From NCBI RefSeq assembly GCF_006345805.1, contig NC_042997.1:48236001-48300000 (forward strand): a stretch of 64,000 nucleotides of DNA, given 5' to 3'. Origin of the DNA: Octopus sinensis. Lineage: Eukaryota. The stretch's first letter is position 1. Each line of letters begins with the position of its first letter. Below are positions 1-12,565 of the stretch, in pieces. Under the pieces are notes generated by a model. It had not been told where the DNA came from. It saw only the letters and a program-made list of their open reading frames with translations, and made no database searches. A program made the translations under genes and the position numbers.

Positions 1-1200
1 ATCAATGAAGGCCAAAGATAATGGCATTTTCTGCTCTCTTGATTTCTGAAGTTGGCGTATGGAGAATATCATGTCAGTAGTTGATCTGCTTCTTTTAAAG
101 CCACACTGCGATTCTGGATAAATTCGAGAGGCAAGCAGTAGTAGCTTGGACAGGATAACGCGAGCAAAAGCCTTTCCAACAGTGCTTAGAAGAGATATTC
201 CACGAAAATTGTTACAATCACCACGTACACCTTCGTTTTTGTAAAGCGTAATGATGTTAGCATCCTGCATATCCTGAGGGACTGTACCATCTCCCCAGCA
301 CTGACACAGAAGCTCATGAAGGTGCCGACCAGGATAGTGTTTTTGCCGGGGATGACGTGTTTTCCGGGAGCATTGTTACTTGCTAGGGAGTCAATAACCT
401 TGGTGAGCTCTGCTATAAATGGCAGACTGTCAAGTTCACACATGACTGGCAAGATCTTGACACCCTCGATTGCAGCCTCAGCTACCGTGGTCTCTCGTAG
501 AGGTCCTGGTAGTACTCCACCCATCTATCCATTTGCTTGCTTTGGTCCTTGATGAGATCTCCAGTAGTTGATTTCAGAGGGGCTGACTTTGTTGCGGATG
601 GACTGAGGGCCTTCAAACCGGCATACATTCCACGGGTGTCGCCACTGTCGGCAGCTGACTGGATACTGTGACAGATTTCCTGCCAATACCTATTTGCACA
701 GCGTCTGGCAGTCAGTTGGGTCTTATTTCTTGCCTTTCTGAGTTCTTCGAGTGACTTTGTAGAAGAATCACTCTTGCATTGCATCAGAGCTGCACGCTTT
801 GTTTCGATAACTGTTTCCAGCTCTGAGAGCCCAGCACTGAACCAATCTGGGTTTTGCCTTTCTCTCATGCCGAAAGTATGTACTGATGTGGTATACAAAG
901 CTTCCCTGATATAATTCCACCTACTTTCAGCAGAGGAGGTTGGGCAGCTACTGAGGGCAACCTTGATAAAAACAGCAAAACATTTTCGCAGGGTAGGGTC
1001 CGAAGTTCTGGCAGTGTTAATGCGTGGTCGGCCCATTGTCTTGGAGTGATGGACTTTCTTGGGCAGAATCCTCAGTCTGCTTCTTATTAGTGAATGATGT
1101 ATGTCATCATCCGCACTGCGGTAACTACGGGTCAGTTGAACAGAATTCAAAAAGGATCTTCGTGTAATGATGAGATTACTACACGAAGCCAAGCCAAGCC
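1..1200 (-). mobile_element. RTE/BovB-like LINE fragment (end of endonuclease, linker, start of RT), continues off the window edge
   Basis: ORFs 482..1192 and 186..524 (RSYRSADDDIHHSLI; ARRCANRYWQEICHSIQSAADSGD; NNAPGKHVIP). Clearly homologous to the RTE copy at 23.3-25.4 kb. Confidence 0.85.
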
Positions 1201-1210
1201 AATGATTCCA

Positions 1211-1425
1211 GTGGGCCGGTGGCTGTGTACGGTCGCCTCAATGTCGCCCAGAGCGTGCTCTGGTCGCCATAGCGTCGACTGTGGGCCGGTGGCTGTGTAC
1301 AGTCGCCTCAATGTTGTCCAGAGCTTTGCCCATGACATTCCATGTAAAGCATGTGTAATATTTGAATAAAATTGGTTGTGTAGTTCTCAAGGTTTAGGGT
1401 TTCAGACAGACACACATTCTCAGTT

Positions 1426-1430
<5 letters not shown>
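1211..1430 (-). repeat. 70-bp-period tandem repeat inside a probable Helitron-like non-autonomous 5' fragment
   Basis: gtgggccggtggctgtgtac(g/a)gtcgcctcaatgt at 1211 and 1281. The minus strand starts tataaaactgagaatgtgtgtctgtctg, like the other Helitron-like starts in this window. Confidence 0.5.
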
Positions 1431-1465
<35 letters not shown>

Positions 1466-1500
1466 GTACATACATACATATATTATACATATATATATAT

Positions 1501-1545
<45 letters not shown>

Positions 1546-1724
1546 TATGTATGTATGTATGTAAGTATGGATGCATGCAAGTATATGTGTGTGTGTATGT
1601 GATTGTTCAGTTTTATTTAAAGATTTCCTTCCAATAGAGAAAGAGCCAGTTTCTAACCTAGATTCAAGGTTCCTTCATTGGAATTACAACATCAGCAACA
1701 GAGTATTTTTGTTTTTATGTCTCT

Positions 1725-2325
1725 TCCATTTTTTAATAATAATAAATCTTCCAATGAGGAGGTAGCCTGTTACCGACAATGATACAAAGCTCTATCTTTG
1801 GGACAAATTCACATTTGGAACTTGAGAAATGTCTTGCATATTTTTACTGTTCCACTCACCGATAGCATTTGTGATGAACGAATTAGCCGGTCGATTTCTC
1901 CTTCTGAAAATCCATCCCAGTTTATCTAAATTCCCCCTTAAGCATTTACTACAAAACCTAGTGCTCCAATTATTGTTAGCATGAATATCAATTCATAGTT
2001 TGGATATAGAAGCTGGAAGTTTCGAAGCAGTTGTCCATAGATATCCACTTTTTCTTTGATTTTCAAAGAGATATTTATATCTGAAAGGTAGCTGACCTCT
2101 ATGGTGGTACACACCTTTTCCCCTCTGTCCCAAGCAACAATATCTAACCTGTTATGTTTACATTTGACAGAAGTTTTGATGGGAATATTCCACCAGTATT
2201 CCTTGAGTTGGTGTTTATGAATGTATTCCATAACAGAGGGATTTTCTAAGATTATTCCAGAACAGTCTTTTTTGCAGATGGCATTGTAAATTGTTTTAGC
2301 AACAACATCGTGCCGCATAGAGAGG
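1725..2325 (-). mobile_element. RLE-type non-LTR retrotransposon, 3' fragment
   Basis: ORF 1938..2318 has RHD, NR(P/L)DIVAWD and IIGALG restriction-like endonuclease motifs. Same family as 22810-23170. Confidence 0.8.
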
Positions 2326-2327
2326 TA

Positions 2328-2790
2328 TTAGGTTGTCAAGAAAGTTCTTGCGGAATTTTTAATTTTGATTTTAAATTATGTATTTTCAAATTAATTTTCG
2401 TTAAGTCCCTTTGACTTTATATGTCATTTCAAAGCCCGTTTTTTTTTTGCTCTATCTAATCGTGTTACTGTTTTACGTTTTGAAGAATTAGGCCATTTTT
2501 GCGGAACGTTGAATACATGGGCAAAAAGCAAATTCACACAATTTTCTTATTCCAGTTCAAGCTCGCGATATCAACGTACAGCACAATGGGGGTTCAAGAG
2601 ATTTCGCTAGCGGCGACAAGATTCTTGAAGATGATAAGCGTAGTGGTCAGCCATCAGATGTTGACAACGATCATCTAAGAGCCTTAGTCGAAGCCAATCC
2701 TCGCAAAACTGTTCGAGAGCTTGCTTCTGAATTAGACGTAACGTATACGACAATTTCCAATTCCTTGAAAGAGATTGGAAAAACAAAAGT
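2328..2790 (+). mobile_element. mariner transposon 5' half (TIR + degenerate HTH region)
   Basis: TA|ttaggttgtcaagaaagttcttgcgga terminus. Manual translation gives DDKRSGQPSDVDNDHLRALVEANPRKTVRELASELDVTYTTISNSLKEIGK, typical of Mos1-type transposases. It abuts and truncates the RLE fragment at a TA. Confidence 0.8.
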
Positions 2791-3258
2791 ATCTGAGAAA
2801 TATATATGAAGTGTAATATGATGTAGTGGTCCCGAGTCTAAGAGAGCTGTGCCTCACGTCGATATTACTTTCTTTTTCAAATCTTCAGAAACATACCCAT
2901 GCATAGACCTTTTTTTTTTAGTAAGCTGAGCGTTTTACGAACAGCTTATGTCTGAGATACGTTAGTTCAGCTATTTTGATAATGAATGGGACGTCGTAAA
3001 CAAGACAGTGCTTCTTGAAGAGATCACTGCCGATACACTGGATGTAGTTCTCTTCACTTTTCAGCACTAAATTTACGCATTTATTTTTTTTACTGTTGTT
3101 TATCAAATACCCTATATACATGTATGAATGGAGAATACACACACACACACACACATACACGTATATATATGAGTTGTAATAATTAATTGAATGCAAATAG
3201 TGATTTTTGAAAGAGGTTCATGCGTTCGTTTCAGGTTTGCATAATATATAAACGAAAG

Positions 3259-3452
3259 ACAGCGAGCTGGCAGAAAATTTAGCACGCCTTCGTCTGTCTT
3301 TACGTTCTGTGTCCAAATTCTACCGAAGTCGAATTGGCCTTCCATCCTTTCGGGGTCGATAAATTAAGTACCAGTTGCGTACTGGGGTAGATCTAATCGA
3401 CTGGCCGCCTCCCCCAAAATTTCGGGCCTTGTGCCTAGAGTAGAAAAGAATA
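3259..3452 (+). mobile_element. SINE family A (tRNA-derived; cctttcggggtcgataaattaagtaccag central domain)
   Basis: Same sequence recurs at 7.8, 20.0, 20.3, 41.8 and 42.0 kb. Has a B-box-like (g)ttcaaatt. Confidence 0.8.
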
Positions 3453-3714
3453 TATAAACGAAATGCATCCATTACGTATTATATATTACGCGGGCCTGAA
3501 ACGTACGTATTGAAATGTTTTCAAAATATGACATTTTGGTTTCACTCCATTATCACAACTGATACAACTCCATGCTAGTAAAAACTAACCGGTCGACAGT
3601 CCACTTATGCAGATTCTCTAACAACCATTCGGAGTAGTTTGATATATTTGACACAAATCGATAATTCTGGTACCGCGAACCGCTTCTCAGCTTAACAATG
3701 AATAAATATATGCA

Positions 3715-3911
3715 TATATTCTTTTATTCTTTTGCTTGTCTCAGTAATTTGACTGCCGCCATGCTGTAGCAGCGCCTTTACTCGAATAAATCGACCCCAA
3801 GACCTATTCTTTGTAAGCATAGTACTTATTCGGTGTGTTTTGCCGAACCGCTAGGCAAACACACAAAGATCGGTTGTCAAGCAATGGTGGGGGCACAAAT
3901 ACAGACACAAA

Positions 3912-3912
<1 letters not shown>
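3715..3912 (-). mobile_element. SINE family B, 3' part
   Basis: Reverse complement of the 43822-44045 and 38760-38965 segments. Confidence 0.7.
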
Positions 3913-3939
<27 letters not shown>

Positions 3940-3946
<7 letters not shown>

Positions 3947-4095
3947 CAAAATAGGACAAGAACGCAAAACATCCGGACAACTAAGTGATACAAAAAGAGA
4001 CAACAAAACATCCAGATAGACGATACAAATAAACAAGGATGGGTCATACGAAGCTTTCTATCCTCAGTCAAGAACCGGATCATCCTCGCAATTTT
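3940..4095. repeat. (TA)n-embedded dispersed repeat, probable Penelope-like pseudo-LTR fragment
   Basis: ggacaagaacgcaaaacatcc... also occurs at 5505-5583 (reverse) and at both ends of 10095-10710. Confidence 0.6.
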
Positions 4096-4353
4096 TCACA
4101 CAATTCTAAGATAACAGATTCGATTCTTGGACTGTACACTGCATTGTACTCTTGAGCGATTCATTTCATTTTACATTGCTCCCTCCTACTTTGTCAGAAA
4201 GTTCACTAACTCGGTGATAGCGTCAACTAATCACTCTTCAACGGTTGCATCCTGATGTGCACTTTAGGGCATCTCCGTCCACTTGCAACTGCATGGATAC
4301 ATAAAACAATTAGCAAGAGAGACAAACAGACAGACAGACAGATAGACAGACAC

Positions 4354-4421
<68 letters not shown>

Positions 4422-5578
4422 ACTCTAAATATATCCAGGATCTTACGTCGTAAACAGAATCGTCGTAAACACAATATTTTGAGAACTTATTCGAGAGAAA
4501 GCTTAATTGAAAGTCTTTTTTAAAGAATAATTTATCGAAATAAAAGATCGAAATAAAAGTTATTAGCTGAAGAAAAAGGACAAAATTTCTCGAACCTATA
4601 AAGAAGCGAGTACAATTGTTAGAAAATAATGCAACGATATGCTGATATTTGAATAAATTCTTAAAATAACACACAACATTAGTAAACGTATGCGATAAAA
4701 TGCTTTTGTGACAAGTCTGCATCTTAAGATGTGTAGAGGGTGCTTGCCTCTCCTACCGACTAGTAATCACCCTACCAGTGATACCATTATAGAAGTAGAA
4801 ATGTTTTTCTAGTCATTGACTATAATAGACTACTATCGATATTTGCATTCTTCGTAAGAAAGCGCCCCAATTCTTTGACCCTTGATTGGTCAGAAACAGA
4901 GATAGCATGAACAAACGCTAAAAGGCTATGATAAACCACTTTTTTGATCTGTACTTGACAAGCTGATTATAGACAACTACATTACTTAAAATTAATCATG
5001 CGATGCACAAAACAGATCATATTGTGAGAACCCTTTTCTCTTTTCATTTTTTCTTCCTTCTTCTTGCGGTTTTGACTTCGATAAATGATCGTAGTAAATT
5101 GATGTCAAAAATGACACACTTGCGTCATTTACACACGTACAGCTTTCATCATTAGATTCGCATGCTAGCTGTTATTATGGAGGTTCATGGCATAAAATTT
5201 GTATGCACTCAAAAAGAGGGAAAATAAATTATCAGATAAAATTTTATTAGCTTTCCTGAACGCCTTGTCATGGAAAACATTAGCTATTGAGAGAGGATTA
5301 AAAAATAAACATGTTAAGAGTATTTCATTATATTTGCGGTGGTGTTGAAATCCAAAACAAATCTCAATACTTCCGTCCCCGTCGTCCTTCGAGTATCATA
5401 GAAAAATATTCCAGTGGTATACTGAATTTCGATTTAGAAGACGACAATCGGGTGCATGATAGTAACAAGCCGAAATGTGTCTCTCTATCTCGTGAGTCAC
5501 TGCAATGGATGTTTTGTTGTCACTTTTTGTATCACCTAGTTAACCGGATGTTTTGCGTTATTGGCCCATGTGGTATTT

Positions 5579-5609
<31 letters not shown>

Positions 5610-5823
5610 ATTAAGGGGATAGACTGAAGATGGAAGAAACGAGAATGTGTATTGATCACTGCAATTGTTTCGAACCATCTAGCAACGATTTCTCACTGGT
5701 GGGATATTGAACATGTTTGTACATCCATATCTATTAAACATGTTTTACCGGTAAACTACCGGGTCTATACCATACGATTTATTAACTAATAATATATGCA
5801 TACACACACACACACACACACAC

Positions 5824-5857
<34 letters not shown>

Positions 5858-5999
5858 TATGTATTATTCTCTTATTATTCTTTTATGTGTTTCAACCAAA
5901 GGCTGTGGCCGCGCAGGAGCTCCGCCTGCATTATTACCTTTTCAATAACCGTTCATTTTTAATTGTTTTTTTTGAAAGCGAGATTTCGATATTATTGAC

Positions 6000-7230
6000 C
6001 TCTTTGAGATTCTTGCCGTGAAGTTTGTCTATTTGGGACTTTGACTAGCAGGATGTGAAGTTGGTTCTTGAGAACATCTATCACCACTCAATGTAAATCT
6101 CTCAAATGCTTTGTCAAGATATCAAGTAGTTGTGGGCCTTTGAATCATAAGCTATTGCAGTACATAGTACTCACATTAGATAGGATGGTGGGGCCTTGGA
6201 ATAGTGCAATCTCTGCCAGTAGCTCAGTTGTTCCATTAATGCAATTTTCTCGGTGTAGCACCGCTGAACTGCCTCAAGTTCCGCTATGAATTTGACATTG
6301 TACTGTGACCACAGTTGTGGGTAGCAGTCCAGATGGCCGAGGAGAACTGTCTTCCATAGAACCAACACAGTTTCCTTATACCCTGTTTTGAAAGTTCTCA
6401 GAATGCATCCGGCCATTTGCCTGTACATTACCTCATTCTAGGTGATATATACAACGAGACGTTGTTGCTCATATGAATCCCAGATCATGCACTATATTTG
6501 ACTCTGTAACTGCTGCTCCCTTTGGTCCAAAGTTTCTCAGTTGTGGCATGTTAGCGCTAGCTGGTTAATAACGGAGGGCTTGAGACTTATCATCCCGTGA
6601 CCACCCTTATCAAATACCTTTGCAAAATCACATTCACAAATGCGGGATTCAATATCCAGTTATAATGCTGCAAAAACTATGTAAGGCAGCTTTTTTCTGG
6701 AGAGGTAGTCATGCTGGGTGTTAGAGAGCAAGTCATTATCTTCTAGGAACGTAATCAGTTTCCTCCTGACAATGTGTCCTAAGACTTTACTGATATGTGA
6801 GGTTACAGAGACAAGCCTACAATTCCGTCCTCCTACCTTGTTTATACATAGGACAGATGCCTTCTTTTAACTTTTTGGAAAGTTTCACAGTTGCAAGGAA
6901 ACTTTAGAAGAGAGTCTGTAGTGGTCTTTGCATTTCTTTAGCAGGATTGCTGGGAATCCATCAGGGCATGTGGCTGAGTTTAAGCTCATTTCATCAATGG
7001 CTGAGATTACATCAGTTTACTCCATTTTGATGTAATCACTAATTGCCATCTCTTTGTGTAGCGCTGTTGTGTTTAAGATCTCATCAGGTGTAGCTGTTTG
7101 CAAGTGCCCCAACGGACAACCGTATTCACATTAATTTATACATTCAATATTCCACTTATCCTCTGGGGCTCCGTAGCCAATGTAACATTTTTTTCGTACA
7201 ACCCTATCTGGTACCGGACTGAAACAGACT
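6000..7230 (-). mobile_element. Degenerate CR1/L2-like LINE (RT and 3' region)
   Basis: ORF 6171..6428 (LWKTVLLGHLDCYPQLWS...LEAVQRCYTEKI) matches the CR1/L2-group ORF2 C-terminus. Related to 58.0-59.1 kb. Confidence 0.75.
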
Positions 7231-7757
7231 CTTTAGCAAGGTCATAGTTTTTATTATTTGTCTTTACAGTTTTTTACAGCCCAGCTCATTCACTTTTAGG
7301 AGAGGACAACATGTCTGCGGCAAGTAAATAATTAAGCACAATATATATTTATACTAAAGACAACAAATGCATTTAATATTGTTTAGATCTGCAGATAAGT
7401 CATTTCTTCAGTGTCGTATTTCCGGTGCGGAATGCAAGTGAATGAAATTTTAATGTATACGTACACATTAACAGTGGATGACTGTTCGATTTATGAAGTG
7501 AAATTGTGAAGTTGAGAAAGTGGTTTAATCTTGTTTTGAAAAGTAAAGTGAGAAAAAGAAAGAAAGAATAAACTAGAAGGAAAAAGATAACAGCTTATAG
7601 TAAAAAGTTAAATCGAACTTAACGGTACGTAATACATTTCATGCCAAATTTCGAAGGGGTTCTTAAAAAAAATTGGAATTTTTCGGAAATTTTTCGTTTA
7701 CATATTTTCTTTTTGATTTACACTTACATATTTGAAAAACCTATTTGTGAGAGAATA

Positions 7758-7989
7758 TATATTTCTTTACTACCCACAAGGGGCTAAACACAGAGGAGAA
7801 AAACAAGGATAGACAAACGGATTAAGTCAATTACATCGACCCCAGTGCGTAACTGGTACTTAATTTATCGACCCCGAAAGGATGAAAGGCAAAGTGGACC
7901 TCGGCGGAATTTGAACTCAGAACATAACGGCAGACGAAATACGGCTAAGCATTTCGCCCGGCGTGTTAACGTTTCTGCCAGCTCGCCGC
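7758..7989 (-). mobile_element. SINE family A, full-length young copy
   Basis: Near-identical reverse complement of 20275-20498. Confidence 0.85.
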
Positions 7990-9244
7990 TGGAAAACTAT
8001 ATAAGAATGTAAACACTCTCCACAGCAATTGATGTTCAAGAAAAATGTGGGAGACTCCGACGGAGCGTTTAACTGAAATCGGTCAGGGGAATCCACCCCT
8101 TCTCTCGACACACCAAAAGCAGCTAAAGAATGTTTAAAATCTATATTATCTCATAGCTTCGCTTTCTAATATCTAAATATATTTCAGTCCCCTAAATTTG
8201 CACTGTATTGTGTACAAAATGTATAGTGTTAATTTTCTTCTCGCTTTCATCTAATTCAACCATTCTGTGTGTCTCCGTCGGATTCAAGACTGAAGCACAT
8301 TCAGTTTCCAGGTACCTATCATGAACATTAACTCATAGTTGGACAGAGAATGACTGCCGTTAGACATATGTCAACCGTTTTCACATATCGAAGTGTTTTT
8401 GTTGCTAATATCATGAATTTAGTTCATTTTTCTGACTATTAAGGATAAGCAAATAACTAGGAACAATATATTCATTCATATATTATTAATAATCTCAATA
8501 ACTGCAGACAGGCCGTTTCAGTATATTCTGTAATTTTATTGCAGAGAAATATTACATTATATTATATTTATTCAGTTAATGAAAGGGAGATGGAAATGTT
8601 TTTGATAAATAAATAAAAACGTTAGCTAATAATTTTGTCTTGTTTCGATTTCAAGGAGAGAGAGAGAGAGACAGAGAGAGAGGGAGAGCGATAGACAGGC
8701 AGAGAGGGGGAGAAACAGAGAGACTGACAAACAAGGAGAGACAAACAGAAGGCAGAAAAACTGACTGACAGAGAGACAGATAGAAAGACACACAGACAGA
8801 CAGACAGCCGGATGGACAGATGGACAGATAGGCAGGGATGGACAACTGAGAAGGTGAAAACAGAGGTATAAGTACAAAAGAGAGACAGAAAACAGAAAGA
8901 TACGTACAAAAGAGAGATGAAAACAAAAACGCATATTTAAGCAAGAATAAAAGTGCATGGCATTTAATCATTTATCATGAAATGTTGAAAACCAATTGAT
9001 GTGAGTTAGACATTTTGTGAAACATTTTAATATTATATCATTATATTGAGTTTTTTTTATTCTCATTGCGAAAATATTTCCGTTTCCGCTTTCTTTTTAT
9101 CTTTGTCGAAGAAACAAAGGCTGGCAGAAATTTTCCGCAATATCAACGTCAGAGCTTTCTATGCTTTATTAAGAAAAAAAAATTAAGTACCCTTGATTTT
9201 ACTTATTATAAATGATAGCAGGTCTCTTTCAATCAATCATTAAC

Positions 9245-9422
9245 TTTCTCTCTCTCTCTCCCTGTATCTCTCTTTCCCTCTGTATCTCTCTCTCTCCCTC
9301 TGTATATATCTCTCTCCCTCTGTATCTCTTTCTCCCTCTGTATCTCTCTCTCTCTCTCTCCCTGTATCTCTCTCTTTCCCTCTGTATCTCTCTCTCCCTC
9401 TGTATCTCTTTCTCCCTCTGTA

Positions 9423-9459
<37 letters not shown>

Positions 9460-9465
9460 TCTCTG
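9245..9465. repeat. Pyrimidine-rich minisatellite (tctctctccctctgta-type units of about 18-20 bp)
   Basis: Repeated ctgtatctctct/ccct units are directly visible. Confidence 0.85.
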
Positions 9466-10034
9466 AAAAAGAAAGGACATGATTGATAAAACTTCCGCAC
9501 GTTAAGTAATTCATCCGTCCATTCTTCCCTGAAGAGAACATATATCCCAGCATGGCCGCAATCAAATTACAAAAACAACTAAAAAGTAAATGATAAAAAG
9601 TTATAATAAATCTCAGAGCGAGTTATAAACAGTAGCTACAACACATCGTGACGTACATTTGCCATTTAAATATGGCTAACCCCTAAGGGTGGATGCTACT
9701 GTAGTTTGTAGCCCCAGGAGGACACCTCCTCCAGCTGGCTATAGACACACTCTCTGTGCCTTATCAGTATTTGCAAAGGGAAGCCATACTTCCCGTCTTC
9801 AACTTATGACAAACACGGACTCGAGTTTCTGGGTATTGAACAGATGGACACATTAGTATAATTATACCTAAAATCTCTAAGAAGTTACGGAGATAGACAA
9901 AGAACGTGTTGTCTTACTCCAGCATGAAACGATCGTACTGCATTACCTCTGGATATCCTTGTTGCTTATTTTGATTTATATATATATATATATATACTTA
10001 CATATAAGAGAACAAAGTGTACGTACTCCGCTAT

Positions 10035-10094
<60 letters not shown>

Positions 10095-10101
<7 letters not shown>

Positions 10102-10710
10102 CAAAATGGGACAAGAACGCAAAACATCCAGACAACTAGGTGACACAAAATGAAGCCTTATGGCAGAGATACAAAAGTTTCACAAACAAGGGAAGAATAT
10201 CGATGTTGCAGCTTCCCACGTGACCGATAAGCCAGACTGCTAGCTCTCATTTTGGGCTGACCGTGGTAAGTAAGGCTTCATTTCCACACACACCAGCCGT
10301 AAGGCTTCATTTCCACACACGCCAACTGAATTCAATTCGTCCCCAGTCGAAAGACACCTGTTGTTATGTCGTGTTATAATTATTTCTATTATTTTTATTG
10401 TATTTATATTGTATTTATATTTGTGTAACATCGTCTGTTTTTCCGTCCTTGTTTTCGTATACATTCGATGCTTTCTTCTAAGGAATCTAATGCTCTTAGC
10501 ATAGTTTCCTTTGCGGCTGGTCAGATTGGAGCAATCTCGAGATTAATCAGCCGAAATTGCGAGGATGATCTGGTTCTTGATTGAGGATAGAAAGCTTCGT
10601 ATGACCTGTCCTTGTTTATTTGTATCGTCTATCTGGATGTTTTGTTATCCCTTTTTATATCACCTAGTTGTCCGGATGTTTTGCGTTCTTGTCCCATTTT
10701 GTATTATATA
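10095..10710. mobile_element. Inverted-terminal element next to (TA)n (Penelope-like inverted pseudo-LTR or MITE)
   Basis: About 55-bp inverted termini (caaaatgggacaagaacgcaaaacatccagacaactaggtga / tcacctagttgtccggatgttttgcgttcttgtcccattttg). Internal 29-bp-period duplication at 10270-10322. Confidence 0.7.
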
Positions 10711-11729
10711 TATATATTTGTGCGTGTGTATGTGTGTGTGCGTGTGCGCGCGCGTAAATCCATCTCAAGCACTTCACAAAGTTACTCTGGAGCGATGATG
10801 CTATTAACCTGTTGAAAACACTATATTAAAGCTGGAGTATGTTTATGTTATAATCTTCTTTTGTTTAATCCTCTTTGCCAAGTGTTTATTACTTTTTTCA
10901 TACTTTCACCCCACCAGAGTCTTATTTTGACTCCTCGAAACATTAATAATTTTTGCAAAATTCTTGTCGAGAATTACATCCGATTAAGATGAATACTGTA
11001 TTTAATCTGTTGTGTGTATGTGGTTTAATGTCCATTGATGTATTCTCCGCAGAGTGTATTCTTGTGTTCCACATATTCTGAGGTTATTCAGAAACATTCA
11101 TAGACGTCAGTATGTCTGTTGGATTCCAAACCGTTCTGTACAGTATATATATATATATGTATTTTTTTATTTCATTTAAACTGATAATGAATTTAAAACT
11201 ACGTGACTGAGGCTTGTTTTTGCCCATTAGCATAACTGTCCAGTAAGCCAACCTCACGTGTTGCAAATGTATAGAAATAATATATTATCGCAGGAGAATT
11301 TTGTAAGGGAAATAATATTTTATTTATAATGTTATGCTATAGCTAAAATTGTTTCTAAATGTCGACAAATTTTCGTTGAACCCTTTCTCGAATTACACTC
11401 GACTACGAGGAATTATATTATAAATTCGTGAGTTAATGTTGGTCTCATATATATATATATATATAAATAAATATATATATAAATAAATAAAATATATATA
11501 TATATATGCCAAACTATGTTAAACAAGTGTATATCATTCGTTCCCATCATGCATTTCACCCCTGCAATTCGATGTTTAAACACAATAGATTATCAGGGTG
11601 CGCATGTTATTAGATTATGTTACAATGATCAAATGCCCAAATGCAGTTCAGCATTCAGTTGCACTAGGAACATTCAATACTGTGTTTGCACATAAACGTA
11701 ATAACGAACAGTACAAGTACGTAGAGAAC

Positions 11730-12336
11730 CAATAATATAAACTTGTGTTTATAATAATTTCTCCTACATTTACTCTGTATACCATAACCAGTAATATTAC
11801 ATAATATTGTAGTAACCATACCACTATACTGGAAGCAAATTGAATAATGATATTTTACGTGGAGCTCCAAAAATCCACCAGTAACAGTCGTACATTTATT
11901 TATACAGAAAAGATGTTATATATATATATGTATATATATATATATGTATTGTATATATATGTATATACATATGTGTGTGTGTGAGAGAGAGAAAGAGAGA
12001 AAGAGAGAGAGAGAGATTTGAAGACACAATAGAAAATGACAAAAAAGAAAGCAGAAAATGATCAAATTTCGAAGAAAATAGTAAAAATTATTCCATGAGG
12101 GAAGTAGATTTTTTTCCCGTAGAGTTTTACTCCCTGTGTGAATGAAAGCCTATTGCTCGTGCTGTGAAAACTCTCAGGTGAGAGAGTTTGTCGCCTCGGA
12201 AATTCATCTCATCTTCAGTGAGGAACAATCCATATCTTATCCAACTGAAATGGTTTTCACTGGTATGAGAAATTCCAACATGGTTTTAATACAGCCAATT
12301 GTCCAATATATGAAATAAGTCAATATTGGTAAAAGT
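11730..12336 (-). pseudogene. Possible decayed F-type lectin (fucolectin-like) exon followed by an EGF-like exon
   Basis: 12336->12127 reads TFTNIDLFHILDNWLY*NHVGISHTSENHFSWIRYGLFLTEDEMNFRGDKLSHLRVF. 11899->11730 resembles KC..GFFGAPCKYHCSIC...LCNITGYC...CRRNYY only after repairing indels and lost cysteines. Confidence 0.35.
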
Positions 12337-12359
12337 TTCTACGACATATTACTGATCTT

Positions 12360-12523
12360 TAAGTGTAAACAATTCAGAAGTACATTATTTACATTCGACG
12401 GATATTTGTCCTCATCTTGTTTGTTGATAACACAACGTTTCGACGGATATACCCTCCAGCGTTCTTCAGGTGTCTTGGGGAAATTTCGAACCTGGATTCT
12501 CATTCCTAAGGTATTTTTCGATG

Positions 12524-12525
<2 letters not shown>
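12360..12525 (-). ncRNA. Hammerhead-ribozyme-bearing repeat module, copy 1
   Basis: Minus strand gacac-CTGAAGA-acgctgg...ccgtc-GAAACGTT-gtgtt, with helix II partly decayed. It follows an (AAT)n tract. Confidence 0.6.

Positions 12526-12564
<39 letters not shown>

Positions 12565-12565
<1 letters not shown>

Noticed and set aside
7300-7326. Possible short exon with ATG and GC donor (ttttag|GAGAGGACAACATGTCTGCG|gcaagt)
   Set aside because: Non-canonical donor, very short, and adjacent to a decayed LINE. Indistinguishable from chance.
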